From an uncultured Acidobacteriota bacterium (GTDB lineage Bacteria; Acidobacteriota; Thermoanaerobaculia; Multivoradales; UBA5704), in the NCBI GenBank assembly GCA_963770895.1, contig CAVYRF010000002.1, forward strand, positions 1,632,001-1,696,000: a stretch of 64,000 nucleotides of DNA, read 5' to 3'. A program made the translations under genes and the position numbers. Numbering within the stretch: position 1 is the stretch's first letter; every line of letters starts with the position of its first letter. The notes beneath the pieces were generated by a model. It saw nothing but the letters and a program-made list of their open reading frames with translations, was not told the DNA's origin and searched no databases. This document shows, piece by piece, positions 16,091 to 24,669 of the stretch.

Positions 16091-18136
16091 ATGGCCTACC
16101 AGGTCTTAGCTCGCAAGTGGCGCCCGCAGAATTTCTCGTCTCTGGTCGGGCAGGAAGCGATCGTCACGGCGCTGCGCAATGCTCTCGCCGAGGGCCGCAT
16201 TGCGCACGCCTACCTGTTTTCGGGCATCCGGGGCGTCGGCAAAACCACGGCTGCTCGCGTCCTCGCCAAGGCGCTCAACTGCGAGCGCGGACCCGCTCCC
16301 GATCCATGCAACGAATGCACGGCGTGTATCGAAATCACCCGCGGTTCCGACCTGGATGTGCTTGAGGTCGACGCCGCCACCTATTCAAAGGTCGAGCAGG
16401 TCCGCGAGCTGACCGAAAGCTTGCGCTACGGCCCGGCGCGCGACCGCCACAAGGTGGTCGTGCTCGACGAGGTCCATCGTCTATCGCGCCAGGCCTTTGA
16501 CGCGCTGCTCAAGATCGTCGAGGAGCCGCCCCCCTACCTGGTCTTCATCTTCGCCACGACCGAAATCGACGCCGTACCGGCGACCATCCTGTCGCGTTGC
16601 CAGGAGTACCACTTCCGCCGCGTGTCCGCGCCCGCCGTCGCCGGCCTGCTGCGCGAAATCTGCGACAGCGAATCCATCCAGGCCAGCGACAGCGCCCTTC
16701 GCCTGATCGCGCGCGCCGGCGAAGGCAGCGTTCGCGACGCCGTGGCGTTGCTCGATCAGCTTGCCACCTTCGGTTCGGGCACGATCGCCGACGAAGCCGC
16801 GGTGCATCTGCTCGGCGGCCTCGACCTTTCCCTGTTCCGCCGCCTGCTCGGCGCGGTTCTCGAGGGCGACGCCGTGGCGGTGTCCCGCGAAGCGCGCATG
16901 GTCGAGGACGAGGGCTGGGACGCCCGCCACGTGTTCGGCCAGTTCCTCACCTATTGCCGCGATGCCCTGCACCTCGCGTTGGGCGGCGATCTGCAGCAGG
17001 TGGACCTGGTCGCGGAAGAAGCGCAGGCGCTCGCCGACCTCGCGCGCGGCGCCGGCTACGAAAACCTGCTGCGCCTGCTCAACCAATTGCTGCTGAGCGA
17101 GCCCATGGTGCGCCGCTCCGAATCCGGCGCGCTCGCCGTCGAAATCGCCTGGCTGCGCGCCGCCGAGCTCCCCAAGCTGACCCGCGTCGAAGACCTGCTG
17201 CGCAGCGGCGCGCCTGCCACTGCCACACCGGGCGATCGCCGTGCCGCCCCTCAAGGGCATGCGGCATCTCCCGCCCAGCCGGTCCAGGCAGTCCAGCCGC
17301 GCGAAGCAACGGCCCCGCCGCGCCTGTCCCCGCCGCCAGCCGTCCCACCCGCAACCACCGCCAGGCCCGCAAACGGCCCATCCGGATCGGCGGCGCCCGC
17401 CACGGCGGCCACGCCCGGCGACCCGGCAACCGGCATGTCCACCGCTCCGGCGCCAACGGCGCCCGCACCGATGCCGGCCGCCGCCGCCACGGCACCGCAG
17501 AAACCTTCGCTGGCCTCGGCGCCAGCCGCGCCAGCTCCCGCGCCCGCAGCCGCGCCAGCTCTCGCGTCCGCAGCCGCGCCAGCTTTCGCGTCCGCAGCCG
17601 CGCCAGCTCCCGCGAACCCCGGCCCGGCTCCGGCCACGGCCACGGCTCCAGCCACTGCCGCCACGGCACCGCCGCCGCCGGCCACCGCGACCTCGGCTTC
17701 CGCTTCGGCTTCAGCCCAGACCCAGATCCAGGCGTTCCTCGACGAGGTGAGCGCGCGCAAACAGCCGCTGGCCGCCTATCTGGAACATGCCGGCCTGGCT
17801 CGCGAAGACGGCCGCCTGCTGATCCTGCTGCCGGCCGGCGACGCCTACCTCGGCTCACGCTTGCGCCAACCCGTCAATCGCGACACCATCTCCGCAGCGG
17901 TAGCCAAGGTCTGGGGCGAAGGCGCCACTTGGGATCTGGCCGAGAGCCCCGTCGCCAAGGGTTCCGCCGCCACTGCGGCGGGTGTCGCCACCCCCCGCGG
18001 CGAAGCGGCCGCCAATCCGCCGGCGCCGCTGGCTGCGGATGCCGCGGCCCTGATTCCAGCGGTGCAGACCCTGCTCGATATTTTCGGCGGCAAGGTCGAG
18101 GCCGTTGAGGAACATCGCAGCTTGAGAGAGGAATGA
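16091..18136 (+). CDS. dnaX: DNA polymerase III subunit gamma/tau
   Basis: YQVLARKWRP, GIRGVGKTT, Zn-binding Cys cluster, DEVH, SRC; long Ala/Pro linker. Confidence 0.97.
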   Translation: MAYQVLARKWRPQNFSSLVGQEAIVTALRNALAEGRIAHAYLFSGIRGVGKTTAARVLAKALNCERGPAPDPCNECTACIEITRGSDLDVLEVDAATYSKVEQVRELTESLRYGPARDRHKVVVLDEVHRLSRQAFDALLKIVEEPPPYLVFIFATTEIDAVPATILSRCQEYHFRRVSAPAVAGLLREICDSESIQASDSALRLIARAGEGSVRDAVALLDQLATFGSGTIADEAAVHLLGGLDLSLFRRLLGAVLEGDAVAVSREARMVEDEGWDARHVFGQFLTYCRDALHLALGGDLQQVDLVAEEAQALADLARGAGYENLLRLLNQLLLSEPMVRRSESGALAVEIAWLRAAELPKLTRVEDLLRSGAPATATPGDRRAAPQGHAASPAQPVQAVQPREATAPPRLSPPPAVPPATTARPANGPSGSAAPATAATPGDPATGMSTAPAPTAPAPMPAAAATAPQKPSLASAPAAPAPAPAAAPALASAAAPAFASAAAPAPANPGPAPATATAPATAATAPPPPATATSASASASAQTQIQAFLDEVSARKQPLAAYLEHAGLAREDGRLLILLPAGDAYLGSRLRQPVNRDTISAAVAKVWGEGATWDLAESPVAKGSAATAAGVATPRGEAAANPPAPLAADAAALIPAVQTLLDIFGGKVEAVEEHRSLREE

Positions 18137-18137
18137 C

Positions 18138-18434
18138 ATGAGCAGCATGCAGAAACTGATGAAGCAGGCGCAGCAGATGCTGGAGCGGCAGCAGCGCGAG
18201 CTGGCCGAAACCGTGGTCGAGGCGAGCGTCGGAGGCGGCATGGTTTCGGTCAAGATGAGCGGCCACAAGCAGCTCGTCTCCGTCAAGATCGATCCCGAAG
18301 CGATGGACAAGGAAGACCCCTCGATGCTGGAAGATCTGATCGTGGCCGCCGTCAACGAAGCCGGCCGCAAGGTCGAGGAGACCATGCAGGGGCGCATGGG
18401 AGCGCTCGCCGCCGGGCTTCCGGGACTGTTCTGA
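18138..18434 (+). CDS. ybaB: YbaB/EbfC nucleoid-associated protein
   Basis: MKQAQQM, GGGMVSV, LEDLIVAAVNEA; located between dnaX and recR. Confidence 0.93.
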   Translation: MSSMQKLMKQAQQMLERQQRELAETVVEASVGGGMVSVKMSGHKQLVSVKIDPEAMDKEDPSMLEDLIVAAVNEAGRKVEETMQGRMGALAAGLPGLF

Positions 18435-19054
18435 GCACCGCCTCGTCCGGGTCCGGCGCCGCCCGCCAGGCCGGCGATCCCCTTGCGCGCGTCATCGGCG
18501 AGCTGTCGCGTCTGCCTGGGATCGGCCCGAAGACGGCATCCCGCCTTGCACACCACCTGCTGAAAGTGCCCGCCAGCGAAGCGCAGGCGCTCGCTCAGGC
18601 GATCGTGGATGTCCGCGAGAAGCTGTTCCACTGCTCTCTGTGCAACGCCATCACCGCCTTCGATCCCTGCCGTTTCTGCGCCGACGAGCAGCGCGACCGC
18701 TCCCAGATCTGCGTCGTCGAGGAGCCCTTCAACATCGCCCCCATCGAACGCACCGGCGAATATCACGGCCTGTACCACGTGCTGCTCGGCGCGCTCTCGC
18801 CCCACCGCGGCATCGGACCCGACAGGCTGGCGATTCCGGGGCTCTTCACCCGCCTGGAGGGCATTGCCGAGATCGTGCTCGCCACCAATCCCAACGTGGA
18901 AGGCGAGGCAACAGCCCTCTATCTCGCGCGGCTGATCAAGCCGCGCGGCATCCGCGTCACCCGTCTCGCCTTCGGCATGCCGGTCGGCGGCGACATCGAG
19001 TACACGGATGAGGTGACGCTGGGCCGCTCCCTCGCCGGCCGGCGCGAGATGTGA
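18431..19054 (+). CDS. recR: Recombination mediator RecR (probable CTG start)
   Basis: HhH LPGIGPKTASRLA lies upstream of the listed GTG; C4 Zn finger, ICVVEEP, ATNPNVEGEATA TOPRIM motif. Confidence 0.93.
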   Translation: MSTASSGSGAARQAGDPLARVIGELSRLPGIGPKTASRLAHHLLKVPASEAQALAQAIVDVREKLFHCSLCNAITAFDPCRFCADEQRDRSQICVVEEPFNIAPIERTGEYHGLYHVLLGALSPHRGIGPDRLAIPGLFTRLEGIAEIVLATNPNVEGEATALYLARLIKPRGIRVTRLAFGMPVGGDIEYTDEVTLGRSLAGRREM

Positions 19055-20400
19055 GCGCCGGCGGCGATCGCCTGCCGCGCATCGTCTGCCCGCCGCCGGG
19101 CCCGCGCTCGCGCGAGCTGGCGCGACAGCTCGCCCGCCGCGAAGCGCCCGGCGTCAACACCACCGGCAGCGGCAGCCACCCCATCCTGTGGGAGGAGGCA
19201 AGCGGTGCAACCGTCGTCGACGTGGACGGCAACCGCTATCTCGACCTCACGTCTGGCTTCGGCGTCGCCGCCGTCGGCCATCGCCACCCGCGGGTGGTCG
19301 CCGCGCTGCGCCGCCAGGCCGGCCGCCTGCTGCACGGCCTGGGCGACGTGCACGCACACCCCGCCCGCGTCGAGCTTGCGGTCCGCCTCGCCCGCCTGGC
19401 GCCGATGCCGCGGGCGCAGGTCTTCTTTGCCACCTCGGGCGCCGAGGCCGTCGAGATCGCCCTCAAGACCGCGCTCGCCGCCACCGGCCGGCCGGCCATG
19501 ATCGCCTTCTCGCCGTCCTACCACGGGCTGACTCTGGGAGCCCTGGCCGCCACCTCGCGCCGCGAGTTCCGCGCCCCGTTCGCTCCCTATCTGCACCCGC
19601 ACGTCCGCCGCCTTCCCTTCGGCTGCCCACCGGCGGAGCTCGCCGCGGCGCTGGCCCCGCCACCCGCGCGGCGCCGCACCGCCGCCACCGCCGGCAAACT
19701 CACGGCCGGTGCGGACGGCGCTGCCGGCGCCGTGATCGTCGAACCGATCGTCGGCCGCGAAGGAGTCCTGCTGCCGCCGCCAGGCTGGCTTGCCGAAGTG
19801 GCGCGCCTGTGCCGCGACGCCGGCGCCATCCTGATCGCCGACGAGATCTTTACCGGCTTCGGCAGGACCGGCTCGCTCTTCGCCGTCGACGCCGAAGGCG
19901 TAGTCCCCGATCTCCTGTGCTGCGGCAAGGCACTGGGCGGCGGCCTGCCGATCGCCGCCGTTCTGGGCCGGCGCGAGCTGCTCGCCGTGTGGAAGACTCC
20001 CGGCGAGGCCCTGCACACCTCCACATTCCTGGCCAACCCGCCTGCCTGCGCCGCCGCTCTCGCCGTGCTCGACATCCTGGCGCGCGACCGCCTGCCGGAG
20101 CGAGCGGCCCGTCTGGGCGCAATCGTGGCCCGCCGTCTGGCCGCCTGGCCGGATCGCCATGGCCTGGTCGCCTGTCGCGGGCGCGGCCTGCTGTGGGGCG
20201 TCGAGCTGCACACGCGCAGGCGCGCCAGCCAGGTGGTGGCGGCGGCCCGCCGGCGCGGTCTCCTCCTGCTGGCCGGCGGCCCCGGCGGCCAGGTCCTGCA
20301 GCTGGTGCCCCCCCTGACGATCAGCCAGGTCCAGCTGGCGCACGCCCTCGATCTGCTGGAATCGGCGCTGGCGGAAACCGCGCCCGCCCGCCGCCTGTAA
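19051..20400 (+). CDS. Class III PLP aminotransferase (GabT/ArgD-like)
   Basis: DVDGNRYLD, SGAEAVE, SYHG, EPIVGREG, DEIFTGFGRTG, GKALGGG. Confidence 0.9.
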   Translation: MSAGGDRLPRIVCPPPGPRSRELARQLARREAPGVNTTGSGSHPILWEEASGATVVDVDGNRYLDLTSGFGVAAVGHRHPRVVAALRRQAGRLLHGLGDVHAHPARVELAVRLARLAPMPRAQVFFATSGAEAVEIALKTALAATGRPAMIAFSPSYHGLTLGALAATSRREFRAPFAPYLHPHVRRLPFGCPPAELAAALAPPPARRRTAATAGKLTAGADGAAGAVIVEPIVGREGVLLPPPGWLAEVARLCRDAGAILIADEIFTGFGRTGSLFAVDAEGVVPDLLCCGKALGGGLPIAAVLGRRELLAVWKTPGEALHTSTFLANPPACAAALAVLDILARDRLPERAARLGAIVARRLAAWPDRHGLVACRGRGLLWGVELHTRRRASQVVAAARRRGLLLLAGGPGGQVLQLVPPLTISQVQLAHALDLLESALAETAPARRL

Positions 20401-20471
20401 CACGGCCGCGGCTGCTGCGGCCGCAGATCGCAGGTGGATCGCGTCGGATCCTCCGCTACAATGGTCGCACT

Positions 20472-21473
20472 TTGAGCACCGAGAACGTCCTGCGGCAGTG
20501 GGAGCTCTTCTCCCACTTCGCTGACTCACAGCTCGACCGGCTGGCCGGCTGCGCGCAGTGGCGGCAGGCGGAGAGCGGCACGGCGATCGTGCGGGAAGGA
20601 GAACCCTCGCTGGAGGCCTACTTCATCGCCGCCGGCGGCGTCCGCATCCAGCGCAAGACTCCTTACGGTCTGTTCACCCTGGCCACGCTCAAGCCCGGCG
20701 ACCTGTTCGGCGAAACCAGCTTTGTCGACGGCAACGCCCGCTCCGGCGACGCCATGGCGATCAAGCCGTGCCAGCTGATGGCGCTCAATCCCCAGGCGAT
20801 CTCCCTGGCGATGGAGAGCGATCCGGCGTTCAGCGTCTCGCTGCATTGGGCGTTCTGGAAGAGCCTCTCCTTCAAACTGCGCCAGACCAACGACCAGCTG
20901 ACCCGGTTCTTCTCCAAGTCGGGCAAGCCGCCCAGCGTCCAGGCGCCCGCGGCGCCAGGCGTCGCCGACGACTTTCGCGTCGACCTGGCCTCGAAGCGCA
21001 AGCTCTTTCAGGAGCAGAAGCTCTCCAGCCTGGAGATCAACTTCCTGGCCTCGCTGTCGCGCGAAAAGAAGTTCGCGCCCCACCAGCAGATCTTCCGCGA
21101 GGGCGAGCAGGGCGACGAAATGTACGTCCTTCTGGAAGGGCGGGTGATGATCAGCAAGTTCATCCCCGGCGCCGGCGAAGAAGCGCTCGCCTTCCTCGAG
21201 CGCGGCGACTACTTCGGCGAGATGGCGCTGATCGACAACCGCGAGCGCTCGGCGGACGCGACCGCCTCCGACCAGGGCGCCGTCGTGCTGGCCATTCCGC
21301 GCGAGGTGCTGGTCGGCATCCTCGACATCCAGCGCGTTTCTTCGCTGCGCCTGCTGCGCCTGCTCTGCACCCTGGTGGCCCGGCGGCTGCGCGAGCTGGA
21401 CGACAAGATCATCGGCTGGTTCATCCTGGCCGGCGGCTCGGCAACCGGCTGGCCGGTCGGCCGCGACGCCTGA
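20472..21473 (+). CDS. Protein with two tandem cyclic-nucleotide-binding domains
   Basis: IVREGE...FGETSFVDGNARSGDA and IFREGE...FGEMALIDNRERSADA; TTG start follows TACAAT. Confidence 0.85.
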   Translation: MSTENVLRQWELFSHFADSQLDRLAGCAQWRQAESGTAIVREGEPSLEAYFIAAGGVRIQRKTPYGLFTLATLKPGDLFGETSFVDGNARSGDAMAIKPCQLMALNPQAISLAMESDPAFSVSLHWAFWKSLSFKLRQTNDQLTRFFSKSGKPPSVQAPAAPGVADDFRVDLASKRKLFQEQKLSSLEINFLASLSREKKFAPHQQIFREGEQGDEMYVLLEGRVMISKFIPGAGEEALAFLERGDYFGEMALIDNRERSADATASDQGAVVLAIPREVLVGILDIQRVSSLRLLRLLCTLVARRLRELDDKIIGWFILAGGSATGWPVGRDA

Positions 21474-22731
21474 CCCCGCCGCCGCTCGACGCGACACTCG
21501 CGTCCGCTTCCGCGCCTTTCACCAGCGCCAGCACCTTCGTCACCAGGGACGAAGTCGCCAGCCCCGCCAGCTCGTCCGCCGCAAACCACCCGCCTGACAC
21601 CGCCTCGGCAACCTCGTCAGCCTCGTGGTCGCGGCGACCGGCGGGCCAGGAGGCAGTTTCGGCATCGCTCGCCGGCGTGTCAGCCGATGCGAAGGCCGTT
21701 GCCTCCCAACCGGGAGCATTGGCTTGCTCGCCAGGAGGGATCGTGCGGCCGTCGCCGGTCGCCGCATCCCCTGATGCGAGCTGTTCGGCAAGACAGACGG
21801 TCACTTCCAGGTTCCGGTAGGTGATCCCGTGCCGCACCATACCGATGGGCGCCGCCAGGCGCCAACCGCCGCCGTATTTTGCCGCCAGCGCGGCGGCGGC
21901 CTCCACGGCGCCGTCCTGCCCGTCGATCCACGGCAGCTCCCAGGTGCCGGCCAGGAGGCTGCTCCGTTCGGAGCGCCGAAACAGCAGCACGCTGCCCTGG
22001 CGCCGGGCCACCGCCACCACCAGGCGCCGGATCTCGCCGGCACGCCGCTTCCTGGGCGGCGGGTAGCTCTCCTGCGTGCCGCTCGCCGCCGCCAGGCACC
22101 CGCGCCGCACCGGGCAGAGCAGGCAGCGCGGCCGCTGCGGCACGCAAAGGGTCGCGCCCAGCTCCATCAGCGCCTGGTTGCTGTCGCCGGGCCGCGCCGG
22201 ATCGACCAGCGCCGCCGCCGCCGCCAGCAGCCGAGCGCGAGCGTCACGGCGCTTGGGATCCGCATCCAGCGCCAGCCGGCGCGCCATCACGCGCTCGACG
22301 TTGCCGTCGAGCACCGGCGCCGCGACGCCGAAGGCGATGCTCGCCACCGCCGCCGCCGTATAGGCGCCGATGCCGGGCAGAGCCAGCAACCCCGCGACCG
22401 TGCGCGGGAACCCGCCCGCCGCCACCACCTGCGCCGCCGCGGCGTGCAGCTGCCGCGCCCGCCGGTAGTACCCCAGGCCCGACCAGAGCGCCAACACCTC
22501 GGCAAGCGGCGCCCGCGCCAGCTCCTCGACGCTGCCAAAGCGCGCCAGGAAGCGCTCATAGAATGGCAACACCGCCTCCACGCGCGTCTGCTGCAGCATC
22601 ACCTCTGACACCCAGATCCGGTAGGGGTCGGTCGTCCGCCGCCAAGGCAGATCCCGCCGATGCCGATCAAACCAAGCCAACAGCTCCGCCGCGTCCTCGC
22701 TCGCCGTCATCGCCGGATCACCCGCCTTCAT
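21421..22731 (-). CDS. mutY: A/G-specific adenine glycosylase
   Basis: RDLPWR, WVSEVMLQQT, GLGYY, LPGIGAYTA, DGNV, CX6CX2CX5C Fe-S motif. Confidence 0.95.
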   Translation of the reverse strand: MKAGDPAMTASEDAAELLAWFDRHRRDLPWRRTTDPYRIWVSEVMLQQTRVEAVLPFYERFLARFGSVEELARAPLAEVLALWSGLGYYRRARQLHAAAAQVVAAGGFPRTVAGLLALPGIGAYTAAAVASIAFGVAAPVLDGNVERVMARRLALDADPKRRDARARLLAAAAALVDPARPGDSNQALMELGATLCVPQRPRCLLCPVRRGCLAAASGTQESYPPPRKRRAGEIRRLVVAVARRQGSVLLFRRSERSSLLAGTWELPWIDGQDGAVEAAAALAAKYGGGWRLAAPIGMVRHGITYRNLEVTVCLAEQLASGDAATGDGRTIPPGEQANAPGWEATAFASADTPASDAETASWPAGRRDHEADEVAEAVSGGWFAADELAGLATSSLVTKVLALVKGAEADASVASSGGGVRRRGRPASRLPSRRPG

Positions 22732-22854
22732 CCGCGTGGTTGCCTCGGTACCGCTATGATCAGAGCCCGCTATGGCCTCCAGCAGCGGATCTTAGACCCG
22801 GTGCGGGAGTAGCCCGTGTCAGAAACTCACTACACCTGTTCGTGGCGGCAGCCA

Positions 22855-23043
22855 GGGCTGCCGCCGGGCTCGGCACTCCCGGCAGGTCGGCCGGGGCTGC
22901 CGCCGGGCCCGGCACTCCCGGCAGGGAAGCCGGGGCTGTCGCCTGGCCCGGCACTCCCCGCAGGTCGGCCGGGGCTGCCGCCGGGCCCGGCATTCCCGGC
23001 AGGGAAGCCGGGGCTGTCGCCTGGCCCGGCACTCCCCGCAGGG
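22855..23043. repeat. 39-bp tandem repeat, ~5 copies
   Basis: GGGCTG(C/T)CGCC(G/T)GGC(T/C)CGGCA(C/T)TCCC(G/C)GCAGG... units at 22855, 22894, 22933, 22972, 23011. Confidence 0.92.
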
Positions 23044-23471
23044 AGCAAGCTGCCAGAGGGGTGGACGCGCCGCACGCCACATCGGCTCACCGCGCCAATC
23101 TATACAGCGTAAAGGCCATTTTGGCGTCAGCAGTTGGCGGTTCGGCGTACGAATTGCTGCGGGAGCGCTCGGCGCCAGCCAGCGATGAAGCGGCTCCTGC
23201 GAGCGGCACCCTGGAGAGAAACCATGAACTGGTTGGTTCCAGGGGTGCCGGTCCGCCCGGTATCCGTCCCAGACACCCGCTCGGCCCCGCCGCCGGAAAC
23301 CCAGATCGCGGAGGCCCAGCGCTGGAGCGCACGCTGACGCCTCGGCCAAGTCTCGATGCGCCGCGCCGCTCGGGCCGGGTGTCTTGTGAGGAGGGCGCAA
23401 GGGTCTTGTAGAGAGGTCGGAAGGTTGGCGGCAGGCAGGCACCTTACTCTGGACTAACGATAGTTTGGAAT

Positions 23472-23487
23472 AGGCATGGCGCTTGCA
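23472..23487 (+). promoter_or_regulatory. Candidate sigma54 -24/-12 promoter
   Basis: AGGCATGGCGCTTGCA: GG-N10-GC with GGCA and TTGCA matching the consensus. Confidence 0.6.
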
Positions 23488-23497
23488 GATGTTAGGA

Positions 23498-23699
23498 GAC
23501 AACATCGAGAAACCACGAGGGGGAGGCTCCCAACCAACCAACCAAATCCCACCAACCGAGAAGCCCTCAAGGCATCTCAACCTCAATCAAAGCCCTCCTA
23601 AACCCCCTATAAACAGGGGTATAGCCTCAAAGCCCACCTCCTAAAAAGGGACCTCCCCCCTGAAGTGCCCCGGCGAACAGCCGGGGCACTTTGTCTTTT
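23498..23699 (+). ncRNA. Candidate A/C-rich small RNA (~200 nt)
   Basis: Lies between a sigma54-like promoter and an intrinsic terminator; no ATG inside; CCAA repeats and CCTCC motifs. Confidence 0.5.
23663..23699 (+). terminator. Intrinsic terminator
   Basis: AAGTGCCCCGGC-GAACA-GCCGGGGCACTT followed by TGTCTTTT. Confidence 0.8.
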
Positions 23700-23904
23700 A
23701 GGCCTACCTCTTTGCAAAAAGGTTTTACGCACCCGCTCTCTCCAACGTCGCCCCACAAGCCAGGGAGCCCCGCCTCCCAGCCAAGCGCACCCAAGCAGAC
23801 ATTCGTCGCAACGACATCGACCGGGCAACCGTGACCGCCGCGGCCCGGCACTCCGCCCATCTGTCGCCCGCAGGAGTCCCCGCGCCCCAACGCCCCTGCG
23901 TTTC

Positions 23905-24022
23905 CGTCCCTCGGCGGCGCTCTGGCTGCCAAGCGACCATTTTGCCGCCAGGCCTCACAGCTCCGCGAGCCCCAGCCGCTACGACCGAGAGGTGCCCTCC
24001 CGCCTCCGCCACCACTCGCCAA
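23905..24022. repeat. Degenerate partial copy of dispersed repeat R2
   Basis: CCCTCGGCGGCGCTC...GCTCCGCGAGCCC...GTGCCCTCCCGCC shared with 7528-10850 and 48546-48778. Confidence 0.6.
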
Positions 24023-24548
24023 AGAACATCGAGCGCAGCGGCCGCCGTCTGACCTGACCAGCGCCGCCCCGGCACCCACCGCGCCACGCCATACCGCCAC
24101 GCCGTCGCGCCATGCCGGCACGTCGCCGCCACCGCCCCATCACACCACGCACCCTGGGGTGCTAGTTACCTTTTGAAGTCCGCATCCTGGAAACCTCTGG
24201 ACGCACGGATCCCAGCGCTCTGGAGTAGAGCGCTGGGGAGGTCCCAGGTGGATGGGCTGGAGAATCTACCCCTGCGAGAGGGGAACTGGCTGGGCTTTTA
24301 GAGGATGAGACCCGCAGGCGATCTCTTCAAGGAAGGGTGTGGTGCGGTTGGTGGGACCTCCCCCTCGTGCGTTCGTGCTACTCATGCCAAAGACGTTCTG
24401 CAATATGCATACCTGCTTTGGAGAGTAGGATTGCGACCGGGGCCGTTCATGGAGGACTTGCGGAGTCAGGGTGCTGTGGTATGATTCGCCGTTGTAGCCA
24501 AGCACGCAAAGACCCGAAGGCAATCGAGCGAGTACTAGTGGATAGGTG

Positions 24549-24587
24549 TGTGGATTTTTCCACAGACTGTGGATTTTCTGTGGATTT
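24549..24587. promoter_or_regulatory. DnaA-box cluster upstream of dnaA
   Basis: TTTTCCACA (24556-24564) plus three TGTGGATTT (24549, 24568, 24579). Confidence 0.75.
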
Positions 24588-24669
24588 TGATCTGTTCCGC
24601 CCTCGCTTCTCGCTATCCTTTTGAGTAGCAAGCCAGGCCGCGTTTCTAGAGAGAGGTTGCGTAATCTCC

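Noticed and set aside
19188-21473. 761-aa ORF as a single protein
   Set aside because: The N-terminal 428 codons are an alternative frame over the aminotransferase; only 20472-21473 is protein-like
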